From an uncultured Veillonella sp. (GTDB lineage: Bacteria; Bacillota; Negativicutes; Veillonellales; Veillonellaceae), in assembly GCF_963522475.1 (NCBI RefSeq), contig NZ_CAUQYW010000010.1, positions 471 to 64,470 of the forward strand: a stretch of 64,000 bases of DNA, given 5' to 3'. A model generated the notes under the pieces. It ran no database searches. It was not told the origin of the DNA and saw only the letters and a program-made list of their open reading frames with translations. Both the position numbers and the translations under genes were made by a program. Positions 1 through 10,383 of the stretch are shown one piece after another (position 1 is the first letter of the stretch; the number at the start of each line of letters is the position of its first letter).

Positions 1-654
1 ACATGTGCCATCAGCTGTATCATAATCAGTACCAAATACTGTAATATGCTCTCTCTTACCACGAGCTGCATCAAGCACAAGAGGAATTAAATGAGTTTCT
101 GGATGATGATCTTCACCAATCGTACCAGATGGGTCTGCACCAGCCGCATTAAAGTAACGTAATGCAACGTATGTAGATCCATAAATGGAACTATAGTCAG
201 ACAGCATTTCTTCGATCATTAATTTAGTCCGCCCATATACATTGGTTGGATGTAATTGTGCCTCTTCACAAATTGGCACCACCTCTGGTTCCCCATATAC
301 AGCAGCAGTACTAGAAAATACAAAATATTTTACCCCTGCAGTACGAGCAGATTCAATAAGGTGATAGGAACCAACTACATTATTCTCGTAATAAATAGCT
401 GGGTTGACCATAGATTCACCGACCTGTGAATGAGCCGCAAAATGCATAACACCAATAATATTATGTTTCTTCATTACATCTACTAGTTTCGGATCTGCAA
501 TATCCATATTGTAGAACTGTATGCCTTCAGGAATAGATTCCACATGACCGCGAGATAAGTTATCTACAATGATAGGAGTATAACCAGCTTTTTTCAAAGC
601 ACGCACTGTATGACTCCCAATATAACCAGCACCACCTGTTACTAAAATATTCAT
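1..654 (-). CDS. galE: UDP-glucose 4-epimerase (5' part; runs off the left edge)
   Basis: Not in ORF track. ATG at 654 reads MNILVTGGAGYIGSHTV...HFAA...FSSTAAVYG...YGRTK...LRYFNAAG; GGGGGAA-type RBS upstream. Confidence 0.93.
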   Translation of the reverse strand, partial: MNILVTGGAGYIGSHTVRALKKAGYTPIIVDNLSRGHVESIPEGIQFYNMDIADPKLVDVMKKHNIIGVMHFAAHSQVGESMVNPAIYYENNVVGSYHLIESARTAGVKYFVFSSTAAVYGEPEVVPICEEAQLHPTNVYGRTKLMIEEMLSDYSSIYGSTYVALRYFNAAGADPSGTIGEDHHPETHLIPLVLDAARGKREHITVFGTDYDTADGTC

Positions 655-663
655 AGTTCCCCC

Positions 664-2100
664 TTATGAATGATGTCCATCCTTTGCACTAGCCAGTTTA
701 GGACCAATTAGACGTTTATACACCTCTACCCCAGGTTGGTCAAAAGCATCAACACCTGCAAAAATAGATTCAAAATAAACAGCCCAACAATGCATAAACA
801 TAATTTCCCCTAAATGGAATGCATTTAATGTCGGTACAGTTATTGTCATATTAAAACGATTATCACTAGATAAAGCCTCGCGATTAGCATCCAATGCAAT
901 ATTTAAAATATCGCAAATGCCTACGTTTGATAAAGAATGTAGACGCTCATATTGACTGTAAGAATCTGGTACAATCAGATTATTTTTCCAGTCCTTAACC
1001 TTAATAAATTGAACTACCTTATTAAGTCGACCTTCTTGATGTTCTTGAACTTGAGCATGCATGTCCATAGTTCCTACCGCAGCCACTGGTGTACGCCCAT
1101 ACGGTAAGCACGTATTACTCATCTTACCAAGAGATTCAGATAGAAGTTGTACATACCAATCAGATAACGAATGTAGTGCATCACTATATGGCATAAACAC
1201 TTCAATAATACGGCCATACCGCTCAGACGCAATATATTTCAACAACGCACTTAAAAGACCTGGATTTTTAAAAATATCCTCTTCTTGACATGCAGCATCC
1301 ATAGAGGCAGCACCAGCTAGGAAGCCTTCAATATCAAAACCTACTAAAGCAGCCGTAACAAAGCCTACCTCAGTAAATACAGAGAAACGGCCCCCAACGC
1401 CATAGGGAATGCTGTAAGTCTTCCAATTATTTTCTATTGCCATAGATCTAAGAACTGTAGGATGTGCATCATCAGACATATCTGTAACAGCTACTACTTC
1501 ATAATTTATATTACGATCTTGTAAGGCTTTTTCCAAAATCATAAAATTCGCCATTGGCTCAATGGTAGAACCAGACTTAGAGGTAATGATGAGCATCACC
1601 TTATAGTCTGAACCTTTTGTCTGAGCCTGGTACTCTAAAGTGCGAATGAGACCAGCTAAATAGTCACCATCCACGTTAAAGCCCGCAAAATACATCCGTG
1701 GATATCCATTGCGCTCTTCCGTACTAAGATTATTCCAAAATGCTCCACATTGAACATCAAAAATAACCTTACTTCCTAAATAAGAACCACCAATCCCTAC
1801 CGATACGACAGTATCTATATTATGGCGTACATAGTCACGCAATTCATAAAGGCGCTTCAACATGTTTGGTGTATTAATACCATCTTCTGAAATATATGGA
1901 AGTTGGTAAAATAATACCGGTTCAGGTAATCCATCCTTAGAAACATGGCCTTCTTCAAAGCCAGTAGAGCGTAAAATATTTGTGTGACGCCAAACATTTT
2001 GTATAGCACGCTCAAAGTTATTTACGTCTCGTTCTTGTATGCAACTTTCATTATATATGTTAGCGTAATCTAACTCGAACCCCGATTGTAATCGCAACAT
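664..2100 (-). CDS. pgi: Glucose-6-phosphate isomerase
   Basis: GIGGSYLG, SKSGST, GGRFSV, QLLSESLGK and FDQPGVE motifs; ATG at 2100 follows GAAGGAG. Confidence 0.92.
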   Translation of the reverse strand: MLRLQSGFELDYANIYNESCIQERDVNNFERAIQNVWRHTNILRSTGFEEGHVSKDGLPEPVLFYQLPYISEDGINTPNMLKRLYELRDYVRHNIDTVVSVGIGGSYLGSKVIFDVQCGAFWNNLSTEERNGYPRMYFAGFNVDGDYLAGLIRTLEYQAQTKGSDYKVMLIITSKSGSTIEPMANFMILEKALQDRNINYEVVAVTDMSDDAHPTVLRSMAIENNWKTYSIPYGVGGRFSVFTEVGFVTAALVGFDIEGFLAGAASMDAACQEEDIFKNPGLLSALLKYIASERYGRIIEVFMPYSDALHSLSDWYVQLLSESLGKMSNTCLPYGRTPVAAVGTMDMHAQVQEHQEGRLNKVVQFIKVKDWKNNLIVPDSYSQYERLHSLSNVGICDILNIALDANREALSSDNRFNMTITVPTLNAFHLGEIMFMHCWAVYFESIFAGVDAFDQPGVEVYKRLIGPKLASAKDGHHS

Positions 2101-2184
2101 CAAATATCTCCTTCACTGACATTTTATGTACAATATTTTACTCATTATACCATAAAACAATGAATAAAATATTAGTTTATGCAA

Positions 2185-2463
2185 TCATTTCACCCACAAA
2201 CCATAACCAAAACCCACTGCATACACAGACCATAATAATGCAATAGGGACAGATAGTTTAAACTTAAGCTTTAAAGTCTTATGTCGCCAAATAACCATGC
2301 CTAACAGCGCACCAAGACCACCAAAGGCAAATGCTAAAAATAGTAATGTGAACTCTGAAATCCGATTATCCCCCTTGATAGCACATAATTTATCATACCC
2401 ATACATGCTAAATACAATTAGATTCCATACCCCTACAGTAACCCAAAATTGTGTATCACTCAT
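2185..2463 (-). CDS. DUF1294 family small membrane protein
   Basis: YGYDK..A....RISE..L...GG.GA.LGM...RHKT.K pattern typical of DUF1294. Confidence 0.85.
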   Translation of the reverse strand: MSDTQFWVTVGVWNLIVFSMYGYDKLCAIKGDNRISEFTLLFLAFAFGGLGALLGMVIWRHKTLKLKFKLSVPIALLWSVYAVGFGYGLWVK

Positions 2464-2483
2464 GTCCCCAAACCTTATATTCC

Positions 2484-3407
2484 TTACTTATGATGAGACT
2501 TAAAATATTCTAAAGTTTTTTGTAAGCCCTCATCTAATGTTGTTAACGCTACAAAGCCAAAATCACGCTCTGCCTTTACATTACCTAAACGTGAATGCTT
2601 GATATCCCCTACTCGTTCATCTTCATAATGAACCATAAAATTAACACCACTAATAGATCTGAATCGTGTAATCAACTCATTTACAGATGTCCCTGTATTA
2701 GTTGAAACGTTATAAATGCCTGTACAAGTACTATTTCCCATGGCTTTAATATTGGCTTCTACCACATCATCTACGTAAATGAAGTCTCTCGTTTGTTCTC
2801 CATCACCATATACAGTTAACGGCTTCTCTTCAACAATTAAACGATTGAAAATACTAATAACGCCACCTTCCCCACCATCACCTTGACGTGGTCCATATAC
2901 ATTGGAATATCTAAAGCATACCGTATTCAAGCCAAAAGCTTCACGATAAATGCGCAAATAGCCTTCTGCTGTAAGCTTAGTCAAACCATAGAAGGATGAT
3001 GGCATGCCACTTAGCTCTTCTGTCAAAGGTAATACTGCCAAATCTCCATAAACAGCAGCCGAAGAAGGCATTAAGAATTGTTCAACATTTACCTGTCGAC
3101 ATGCTTCAAGTACATTGATAAGTCCTAGTAAATTAACATCACAGTCATAACCTGGATTCTCCATAGAGGACTGTACCATGGTTTGAGCAGCCTCATGGAA
3201 CACTATAGAAGGCTTAAACTCTTCAAATACAGATAGTAATTTTGGATCTCGTACATCCATCTCAATAAATTGAGCAGCCTCATGTACAAAATAACGCATA
3301 CCTGTAGATAGATTATCTATAACGAGCACATCGTGCCCCAATTCAATTAATCGATCAACGAGATGGGAACCAATAAAACCGGCCCCCCCTGTAACACATA
3401 TATTCAT
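2484..3407 (-). CDS. NAD-dependent epimerase/dehydratase (extended SDR)
   Basis: TGGAGFIGSH, SSAAVYG, YGLTK (YxxxK), NVYGPRQ and GDGEQTRDF motifs. Confidence 0.9.
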   Translation of the reverse strand: MNICVTGGAGFIGSHLVDRLIELGHDVLVIDNLSTGMRYFVHEAAQFIEMDVRDPKLLSVFEEFKPSIVFHEAAQTMVQSSMENPGYDCDVNLLGLINVLEACRQVNVEQFLMPSSAAVYGDLAVLPLTEELSGMPSSFYGLTKLTAEGYLRIYREAFGLNTVCFRYSNVYGPRQGDGGEGGVISIFNRLIVEEKPLTVYGDGEQTRDFIYVDDVVEANIKAMGNSTCTGIYNVSTNTGTSVNELITRFRSISGVNFMVHYEDERVGDIKHSRLGNVKAERDFGFVALTTLDEGLQKTLEYFKSHHK

Positions 3408-3429
3408 AACACCCTCCTTTCAGAGAAAA

Positions 3430-4149
3430 CTAAATTCCCGCTCCTTGTTTCGCTAGTACATCAGCCATTTCATTATATGTATCGCCCGTATGAGCAGCCA
3501 CCTTGTGAAAGTGTACACGCACGTGGTCTTTTATAGAATCATAAAATTCTGCATACTGCTGAGTAAGTGTATTATTGCGCTTCCACCGCTTAGTAGCCCA
3601 CATCTCAATACCCATATAGTCATAATATAAGGAACATTCAGGAGTACCATGATCAACGGCATATTTCATCACATACATAGCAGCTAATAGCTCGCCAGCT
3701 ACATTCCAAAATGCCGTATATCGTTCATCATTAGCTGGAAATGAAAAAGTCTCCTTAGTCCCATTCAAGAAGATAACACCACCAGCTCCAACGGTATTGG
3801 TACCTTTATTATAACTACCATCAATATAAGCAATGATATGGTTTGACTTAGTAAAGTCTGGTTTTACAACACTTGATGATACCTTATTTTTAACTCTAGA
3901 ACCTATAATTCTCGAATATATAGGTTTAGACTGAACCTCATTTCGTGATTTAGGTTCGCTTCGTTTAGCACTCATAAAGTCACTCAAGGATAATCCAGAA
4001 TCATCTACAAAAGCACGTGCTTCTGCTTCTGTAGGAAAAGACTTGTAGATAGCACCACCAAAGCCTTTAACCTGTTTTTCACAGTCAGCCCATGTAGTAT
4101 ATACTCCTGGTACACGGCCCTGACGAACTGCATAATACTTTTTTGCCAT
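3430..4149 (-). CDS. rnhA: Ribonuclease HI with N-terminal hybrid-binding (caulimovirus viroplasmin-like) domain
   Basis: N-terminal YYAVRQGRVPGVYTTWADC..QVKGF..A.YKSF; catalytic YIDGS, GELLA, YDY and AHTG..NEMAD. Confidence 0.88.
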   Translation of the reverse strand: MAKKYYAVRQGRVPGVYTTWADCEKQVKGFGGAIYKSFPTEAEARAFVDDSGLSLSDFMSAKRSEPKSRNEVQSKPIYSRIIGSRVKNKVSSSVVKPDFTKSNHIIAYIDGSYNKGTNTVGAGGVIFLNGTKETFSFPANDERYTAFWNVAGELLAAMYVMKYAVDHGTPECSLYYDYMGIEMWATKRWKRNNTLTQQYAEFYDSIKDHVRVHFHKVAAHTGDTYNEMADVLAKQGAGI

Positions 4150-4158
4150 ATGCACCTC

Positions 4159-4650
4159 TTAATGATCCATTGTAAGTGCCACAAATTCAGCATTTACGAC
4201 AGATGCCAAATCCTTTGGATTTACCTTCATCTGCATACCTCGTAGACCAGCACTTACATATACAAAGTCTTGCGGCTCCATAGTAACGTCAAAATAGGTA
4301 GGAAATGATTTTTTCATACCCACTGGAGAACATCCTCCCCGTAAATACCCTGTAATACCAAGCAAGTCCTTAACATGAACAAGTTCTACAGACTTATTAT
4401 GACTAACACGAGCCGCCTGTTTCATATCGAGCTCTTCAGCTACAGGAATACAGAATACTACAAATCCTGTTTTATCGCCTTTACCAACTAATGTTTTAAA
4501 AACTTGTTTTTCATCGAGTCCTAATGCTTCCACAACATGAAGTCCAGCGGAACGCTCCTCAGACCATTCATACTCGCTAATGCTATAAGGCACCTTATGG
4601 GTATCTAAAATACGTAATGCATTTGTTTTCTTATGTTTTTCTTTACTCAT
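4159..4650 (-). CDS. ybaK: Cys-tRNA(Pro) deacylase
   Basis: KTNALRILD, VFKTLV, TGYLRGGCSPVGMKK and VSAGLRG motifs. Confidence 0.92.
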   Translation of the reverse strand: MSKEKHKKTNALRILDTHKVPYSISEYEWSEERSAGLHVVEALGLDEKQVFKTLVGKGDKTGFVVFCIPVAEELDMKQAARVSHNKSVELVHVKDLLGITGYLRGGCSPVGMKKSFPTYFDVTMEPQDFVYVSAGLRGMQMKVNPKDLASVVNAEFVALTMDH

Positions 4651-4733
4651 TATATACCACCTTATATATTAGCGTAACAAATAAACCTTATCAATATATA
4701 ATATATATCTATAGATACGCATAAATTTTATTA

Positions 4734-5732
4734 CTATTTATTAATAATTTTACTTATATTCTTTAATTCAATGCGCAAGGTTCCATCATCATTCGTTTTA
4801 ATTTCGATAAAGTCACGATTTTTCATATACTCTACAGGAAATGAAATTTCAATACCGGTATCAGTTTTAATCTTATGGTGTTCCCCGACCTTTGTAGCAA
4901 ATTCACGGTTTACAGGTAAAGGCCGCATCATATCTGCCTCTTGCAGCTCTTTCTTAGCCGCCTCTTGTTGAATTGGATTAGATTTAAATACCTCTTCCAC
5001 AATACGAACAGGATCCACCGTATCAGATACTTCAGCATTCTTAGCAATCATTGACTTAGCTGTCGTCATTTCAACAACACCATCTGACTCGTGAGCTTGC
5101 GCCACTTTATCTACGATGGCTTTTACCTTTCTCACTGTATCTCTGGAAGATTGATTAGTGCCTAATTGTAATACCTTATCTGCTAAGATATAGGATACTT
5201 CACCATCAAATTCTCCTTTAGGTTCAAAAATTCGAACACTAAAATCATGCAAATTAATAGATGCAAAGGCTCTCAATTTCTGAGAAGGCATTGGCAATAC
5301 AGCCTTATGTGAAACAAGTTCTGTTGCTAAACTGCCATCATCTTCACTAAATAGCTGATGGGTAAAAGCATCATGAGCTTGGCACAAAAGAATACAGATA
5401 TAAGATGCATCTGTAACAGCTTCACTGATAATCGTATCAATAACAACAGAGTCCGTCGCTTGTTTCATATAGGTAAACAAACTTTCACCTAAATTCTTAG
5501 ATAAATCTATAAACTTGAGGTCTCCATTTTTATAATCAACTAGTTGTTTACCAAATGGACTTGCATCATGCAAGGTACCTGTTCTAGCACCGGGATCTTT
5601 GAACGCCTTAGCTACATGATTGGCAATATAATCTTGTATAGCTTGATCTCCAACCTTTAATTCATGTTCAGAGTATACGGCTAAAGAGGACGTAAAGTCG
5701 AAAATCTCTAGAGCCGCCTTGTTAATCTGCAT
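4734..5732 (-). CDS. Nucleoid-associated protein (YejK/NdpA-like 37-kDa family)
   Basis: MQINKAAL.IFD start and C-terminal KIKTDTGIEISFP...IE...NDDGT..IELKNI, typical of Firmicutes members. Confidence 0.78.
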   Translation of the reverse strand: MQINKAALEIFDFTSSLAVYSEHELKVGDQAIQDYIANHVAKAFKDPGARTGTLHDASPFGKQLVDYKNGDLKFIDLSKNLGESLFTYMKQATDSVVIDTIISEAVTDASYICILLCQAHDAFTHQLFSEDDGSLATELVSHKAVLPMPSQKLRAFASINLHDFSVRIFEPKGEFDGEVSYILADKVLQLGTNQSSRDTVRKVKAIVDKVAQAHESDGVVEMTTAKSMIAKNAEVSDTVDPVRIVEEVFKSNPIQQEAAKKELQEADMMRPLPVNREFATKVGEHHKIKTDTGIEISFPVEYMKNRDFIEIKTNDDGTLRIELKNISKIINK

Positions 5733-5759
5733 GATGCCTCCTTATAATAGCAAAAACGA

Positions 5760-7055
5760 TTACCCTTTATTATACCACTCTTTTAGTTTTCGTTTATCAA
5801 CTTTTGAGCATTCTGTAAGTGGTAACATAGGAATTTCTAGAACTGCTTTTGGCCATTCAACTGAAGGTCTTTCGTGATGAATAATTTCTATGATTTTACT
5901 TAATTCAGTATTATCCTCTAATACCATATAAGCAACAAAGTCTTCCCCACGTATATCATCATTAATCGTAATAACAGCCACTTCAGAAACGCCCTGTAAG
6001 GATTGTAAATACAATTCCATTTCGGGAATAGAAATTTTATATCCCCCTTTATTGATGACATCACCTTGTCGTCCGCTAAACATAAGGTATCCATCTTTAT
6101 CAATATAGCCACAATCATTTACAGTATAAGTATCAGAAATCCCTTCAATATGATATTTTGTCGTTACATAAATAACATCATCAGCCTCTGTGATTTTAAC
6201 AGATGGAAATGGTCTTCCCACAGTCCCTTCTCTATCTAACCACTCTTTACCTGTGCAATATGTTATATAGTTAAGCTCAGATGCACCATAGTACAGAATA
6301 AACTCCATATTAGGACATATCTGTTGTAACTGCTCCATTAAATGACGATCAAGTACTTGTGAGCCAGCAATAATATAGTTAATGAAAGGTAATTTACATT
6401 TACAATGCCTTACGAGCAGTCTAAGTTTTGTAGGAAGAGCATATATGTGATCTACTTTATATCTTTCTAGCAGTTCAATCCAGCGAGTTGGACGTAAGGA
6501 ACTCGTAGTAACAATAGTTCCTCCTGCCCATAAAACAGCGATAACCATATTACTAACACCAGTAAAACTAAAACTACCTTGTAAAAAGACTTTTGTATCT
6601 TCGTTGATACGAAAGATATTATTTTGAATATCAAAAAACTCTCGCCAAGATTCTTCTTTTCGCCACAAGGGTTTAGGTCGTCCTGTAGTACCTGATGTAA
6701 GCACACCAAAATCAGATAATGGTGGAACTCCTTCAGATGCTATAACGAGACTTAATTTCTCTATATAGTCTATATCCATCTCATTATGGCACACCATAGG
6801 AATGTAACCTCTATACAATGCACCTAACCAATATACAAGTTGTTCTAAAAAGGATTGACTCTGAATTAAAAGAACTTGATTTTTTACTGATTCTCTAGTT
6901 TTGGCAACATTTACTATACGACTAATATGATTTATATCTATCGATAGAACAGCATCATATAAATCATCATATGTATACTTTTTATCATCTACAATTAAAG
7001 CAACCTTATGGGGATCTAATTCTTTATATTGTTGTAATCGTTCAATAATTGTCAT
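5760..7055 (-). CDS. Acyl-CoA synthetase (AMP-binding), YhfT-like
   Basis: LTSGTTGRPK, YYGASE, VGRPFP, DCGYID..GY.MFSGR and C-terminal KVD motifs; in a bioY/thiolase cluster. Confidence 0.85.
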   Translation of the reverse strand: MTIIERLQQYKELDPHKVALIVDDKKYTYDDLYDAVLSIDINHISRIVNVAKTRESVKNQVLLIQSQSFLEQLVYWLGALYRGYIPMVCHNEMDIDYIEKLSLVIASEGVPPLSDFGVLTSGTTGRPKPLWRKEESWREFFDIQNNIFRINEDTKVFLQGSFSFTGVSNMVIAVLWAGGTIVTTSSLRPTRWIELLERYKVDHIYALPTKLRLLVRHCKCKLPFINYIIAGSQVLDRHLMEQLQQICPNMEFILYYGASELNYITYCTGKEWLDREGTVGRPFPSVKITEADDVIYVTTKYHIEGISDTYTVNDCGYIDKDGYLMFSGRQGDVINKGGYKISIPEMELYLQSLQGVSEVAVITINDDIRGEDFVAYMVLEDNTELSKIIEIIHHERPSVEWPKAVLEIPMLPLTECSKVDKRKLKEWYNKG

Positions 7056-7056
7056 T

Positions 7057-8163
7057 TTACATTCGTTCCATAATTAAAGCAGTCCCTGTACCGCCTGCAC
7101 CAGCAATGGCACACAATCCATATCTTCCGTTACAAGATTCTAAAGCAGCCATACAATGAAGTACTAATATAGCACCGGAACAACCATAAGGATGTCCATA
7201 TGCCAAGGCACCACCAAGCATATTATATTTTTCTATATCGTTAGGATATGCCTTCTTAAAGAGTACATCAATAACAGCAAAAGCTTCATTCCATTCCACC
7301 ACGTCAATGTCATCCATAGTTAAACTAGTACGTTGTAAAATAGCAGCTGTACTCTCTAAAGCGCCTTCTGGACTAAACTGAGGATTACCTGCCCAAGGCA
7401 TGACACTATGAATTTTAAAAGGTCCTATTTCATTAGATACATATACAAAAGCACCACCATCATGAGTTAAACAAGCATTACCTGCATTTGTAATAGAATC
7501 AGATCCTAGTAAAGGCTTCATTCTCGACAAAAGTTTCTCGTTCATTTTAGGTCGAATACATTCATCTACGCATTTTTTTCCATCTATAGTAAAAGACATT
7601 ATATAAGATTGTAAAATTTTATTATCTAAAGCTTTAGCAGCTCTTTGATGACTTCCAATAATATAGGGATATAACTCTTCCTTAGATACATTATGCTTAT
7701 GGATTGTTCGTTCTGCTCCTTCTAACATAGCTAAAGGAGACCGATCTTGAGGAGTAAATTGAGCTACCTTATATAAACCATCTCGATCATCTCCAGTTGC
7801 ATAGATTCGATCTGGTTGTAATGAAGAGCTTTCAATGCCACCAGCAATAGCTGAATTCATCACTCCTGACGCAATATGTGTATAGGCCATCTCAATACTC
7901 ATCAATGCTGATGCGCATTGCATATCAATTGTAATAGCAGGCGTTGATACTGATAAACTAGACATTAAGCACATCAAACGTCCAATATTTCCACCTGTAC
8001 CTACAGCATTACCGCAAAAGACACCATCTACAGATGCAATGTCATACCGTGCTATCAACTCATTAATCAATTGAGCCCCCAACATCTCAGGTCGAATATT
8101 TCTATATTGTCCATTTAATACGCCTATAGGGGTTCTAAGCCCACCATGAATATATACTGACAT
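7057..8163 (-). CDS. Thiolase-family protein, YhfS-like
   Basis: RTPIG, QCASA (nucleophile Cys), NEAFA and GHPYGCSG; start set at ATG 8163 after AGGAG. Confidence 0.87.
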   Translation of the reverse strand: MSVYIHGGLRTPIGVLNGQYRNIRPEMLGAQLINELIARYDIASVDGVFCGNAVGTGGNIGRLMCLMSSLSVSTPAITIDMQCASALMSIEMAYTHIASGVMNSAIAGGIESSSLQPDRIYATGDDRDGLYKVAQFTPQDRSPLAMLEGAERTIHKHNVSKEELYPYIIGSHQRAAKALDNKILQSYIMSFTIDGKKCVDECIRPKMNEKLLSRMKPLLGSDSITNAGNACLTHDGGAFVYVSNEIGPFKIHSVMPWAGNPQFSPEGALESTAAILQRTSLTMDDIDVVEWNEAFAVIDVLFKKAYPNDIEKYNMLGGALAYGHPYGCSGAILVLHCMAALESCNGRYGLCAIAGAGGTGTALIMERM

Positions 8164-8185
8164 ATTAACTCCTATACCCAAATGT

Positions 8186-8217
8186 AAAAAAGAGGCATCC
8201 CAAGGAATGCCTCTTTT
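8186..8217 (-). terminator. Intrinsic terminator-like hairpin between bioY and thiolase
   Basis: Minus strand AAAAGAGGCATTCC-TTG-GGATGCCTC-TTTTTT. Confidence 0.65.
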
Positions 8218-8229
8218 CATTATTCCATT

Positions 8230-8742
8230 CTAAATTTTAATTTTAGTTGCTAACCAAGAAGCAACGAGACATTTTACGATATCCCCAGGAATAAATGGGA
8301 ACATAACTACAGGCAACGCCGCCCAAAGTTCTGTTTTGGTAACAATCATAAAGCCTACCACACCAAATAGGTATACCACAGGAATTGTAATTACAAGAGA
8401 GCGCCATGCATAAGAAAAAAAGCTCTTTTTAGGCCCTTTAAATACACTTAGTAAAGTATATGCTATTGGCCAAGAGAAAATAAATCCCCCTGTAGGTCCC
8501 AATAATTTACCAAGACCAGCTGTACCCCCAACGAATACAGGTAGACCAACGGCTCCTAGCAGAACATACACGACAAATACTATAAAAGCATCCTTTGGTT
8601 GCAATAATAAGCCTGTTAATGTTGCCACCAAAGTCAATGCGGTTACCATTGCCGGACTAAATGGCAATGGGAAAGAAATATATGCTGAAATACATAATAA
8701 GGCTGTTAATAAAGCCATTTTTGTTAAACGTCTTGCTTCCAT
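8230..8742 (-). CDS. bioY: Biotin ECF S-component BioY
   Basis: LLGAVGLPVF.GG..G...LLGPTGGFI and PFIPGDIVK motifs. Confidence 0.93.
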   Translation of the reverse strand: MEARRLTKMALLTALLCISAYISFPLPFSPAMVTALTLVATLTGLLLQPKDAFIVFVVYVLLGAVGLPVFVGGTAGLGKLLGPTGGFIFSWPIAYTLLSVFKGPKKSFFSYAWRSLVITIPVVYLFGVVGFMIVTKTELWAALPVVMFPFIPGDIVKCLVASWLATKIKI

Positions 8743-8750
8743 AATTACCT

Positions 8751-9317
8751 CTAACTAATACATCTTTGTTTTAAAGACGACAAATCTTCATTCTCACCAA
8801 AAAAAGTAGCGGAAAATGCCAATGTATCACCTACATAACCATCTACTTGATTATCTTCAGAATTTTCCACCAAAGTTACTCTATCATCTGCAATAACAGG
8901 TGAATGAAAATAAATGGCCATCTGCTGCGCAGATTTACTAATGTTCCAATAATTCCATAAATTTTCTAAAATCATACAACCTGGTACTACATAAGGCGAC
9001 TCTCGATGAATTTCATTGGTATCATCTATATCGTTTACAAATCGTATGATATCATCCCGAGAGAAAGATATACTTCGATCATTTTCCTCTTCATGAATTG
9101 TAGAACGAATTTGAAATTTTCTCGGTACCGGTCGTAAATCAACTATTAAAAAACCTGATTTATCTAAGATACCAATTGTAGTTGTTTTAGCGATTTGATA
9201 CAGAATACCACTGATAGATTGATCACTACCCGAAGTATCATAATGCATATGCTTAATAACACTATGTCCTGGTAGACCAAAATCATTATTACATAATGTT
9301 TTAAAGAGCGATCTCAT
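8751..9317 (-). CDS. Hypothetical protein with C-terminal MaoC-like hotdog domain
   Basis: FSRDDIIRFV...DDTNEIH...VVPGCMI...F.SPV..DD resembles the hydratase-2 DxNxIH motif. Confidence 0.6.
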   Translation of the reverse strand: MRSLFKTLCNNDFGLPGHSVIKHMHYDTSGSDQSISGILYQIAKTTTIGILDKSGFLIVDLRPVPRKFQIRSTIHEEENDRSISFSRDDIIRFVNDIDDTNEIHRESPYVVPGCMILENLWNYWNISKSAQQMAIYFHSPVIADDRVTLVENSEDNQVDGYVGDTLAFSATFFGENEDLSSLKQRCIS

Positions 9318-9451
9318 ATAATCACAGTCCTTTATTTATTCAATAAATTGATTATAATCAACATCATCTCATTCGTCAACAAAAGTCATTATCCATTTGT
9401 TAACAAATATAAAATAATATATCTATATTAGCTAAATGTACTACCAAAAGA

Positions 9452-9482
9452 AAAGAACCCATGATATATCATAGGTTCTTTC
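9452..9482 (-). terminator. Terminator after galU
   Basis: AAAGAACCCATGAT-AT-ATCATAGGTTCTTT inverted repeat with a T-tract on the minus strand. Confidence 0.6.
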
Positions 9483-9506
9483 ATAAGGTTAAATCTTATA
9501 GATTTG

Positions 9507-10370
9507 TTATTTAAGATCTAGCTCTTTTAAGTATGCCTTGAAGCTTTCACCTAATTCTTCATTGCGCAATGCATACTCAACAGTAGCTTTTAAGTAACCT
9601 AGTTTATCACCTGTATCGTAACGAATGCCCTCATAGGCCAATGCATACGTGTCAGTTTTAGATGCTGCTAGAGCATCAGTCAATTGAACCTCATTACCTA
9701 CGCCTGGTTTTGTATTTTCCAAAATATTGAAAATATCTGGCGTTAAAATATAACGACCTAATACAGCAAGTCGAGATGGTGCATCTTCTTTTTTTGGTTT
9801 TTCCACCAAATTATGAACGCGATATAAATTATCCGCTAATGCTTCACCGGATACAATGCCATAAGAGCTAACTTTATCCTCTGGTACAAATTGAGCCCCT
9901 AAAATAATGCCATGATGTTTATCATAACACTCAATTAACTGCTTTAAGCATGGGTTTTCAGGATTATATACAATATCGTCACCAAGTAACACTGCAAATG
10001 GTTCATCACCAATAAAAGCTTTTGCGCATAGTACAGCATCACCAAGACCACGTGGAGCTTTTTGACGAATGAAGTGAACCTTAATGTCTGCTAAATCCTT
10101 AATCATAGCCAACTGTTTATTTTTACCTTGGCTTTGTAATAGTAATTCTAATTCAACACTACTATCAAAATGATCTTCAATAGCGCGTTTATTACGGCCT
10201 GTAATAATTAATATTTCTTCAATACCAGAATCTAATGCTTCTTTCACAATATATTGGATAGCTGGTGTATCAACAATAGGTAGCATTTCTTTAGGTTGAG
10301 CCTTCGTAGCTGGTAAAAAACGTGTACCAAAACCAGCTGCGGGAATTACGGCTTTTCTAATACGTTGCAT
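9507..10370 (-). CDS. galU: UTP--glucose-1-phosphate uridylyltransferase
   Basis: KAVIPAAGFGTRFLPATKAQPKEMLP, VEKP and RYDTGDK motifs. Confidence 0.96.
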   Translation of the reverse strand: MQRIRKAVIPAAGFGTRFLPATKAQPKEMLPIVDTPAIQYIVKEALDSGIEEILIITGRNKRAIEDHFDSSVELELLLQSQGKNKQLAMIKDLADIKVHFIRQKAPRGLGDAVLCAKAFIGDEPFAVLLGDDIVYNPENPCLKQLIECYDKHHGIILGAQFVPEDKVSSYGIVSGEALADNLYRVHNLVEKPKKEDAPSRLAVLGRYILTPDIFNILENTKPGVGNEVQLTDALAASKTDTYALAYEGIRYDTGDKLGYLKATVEYALRNEELGESFKAYLKELDLK

Positions 10371-10383
10371 TATAATCTCCTAA

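Noticed and set aside
3430..4149. Viral (caulimovirus-like) domain in RNase H
   Set aside because: This is the ordinary hybrid-binding domain of many bacterial RNase HI enzymes, not a viral remnant.
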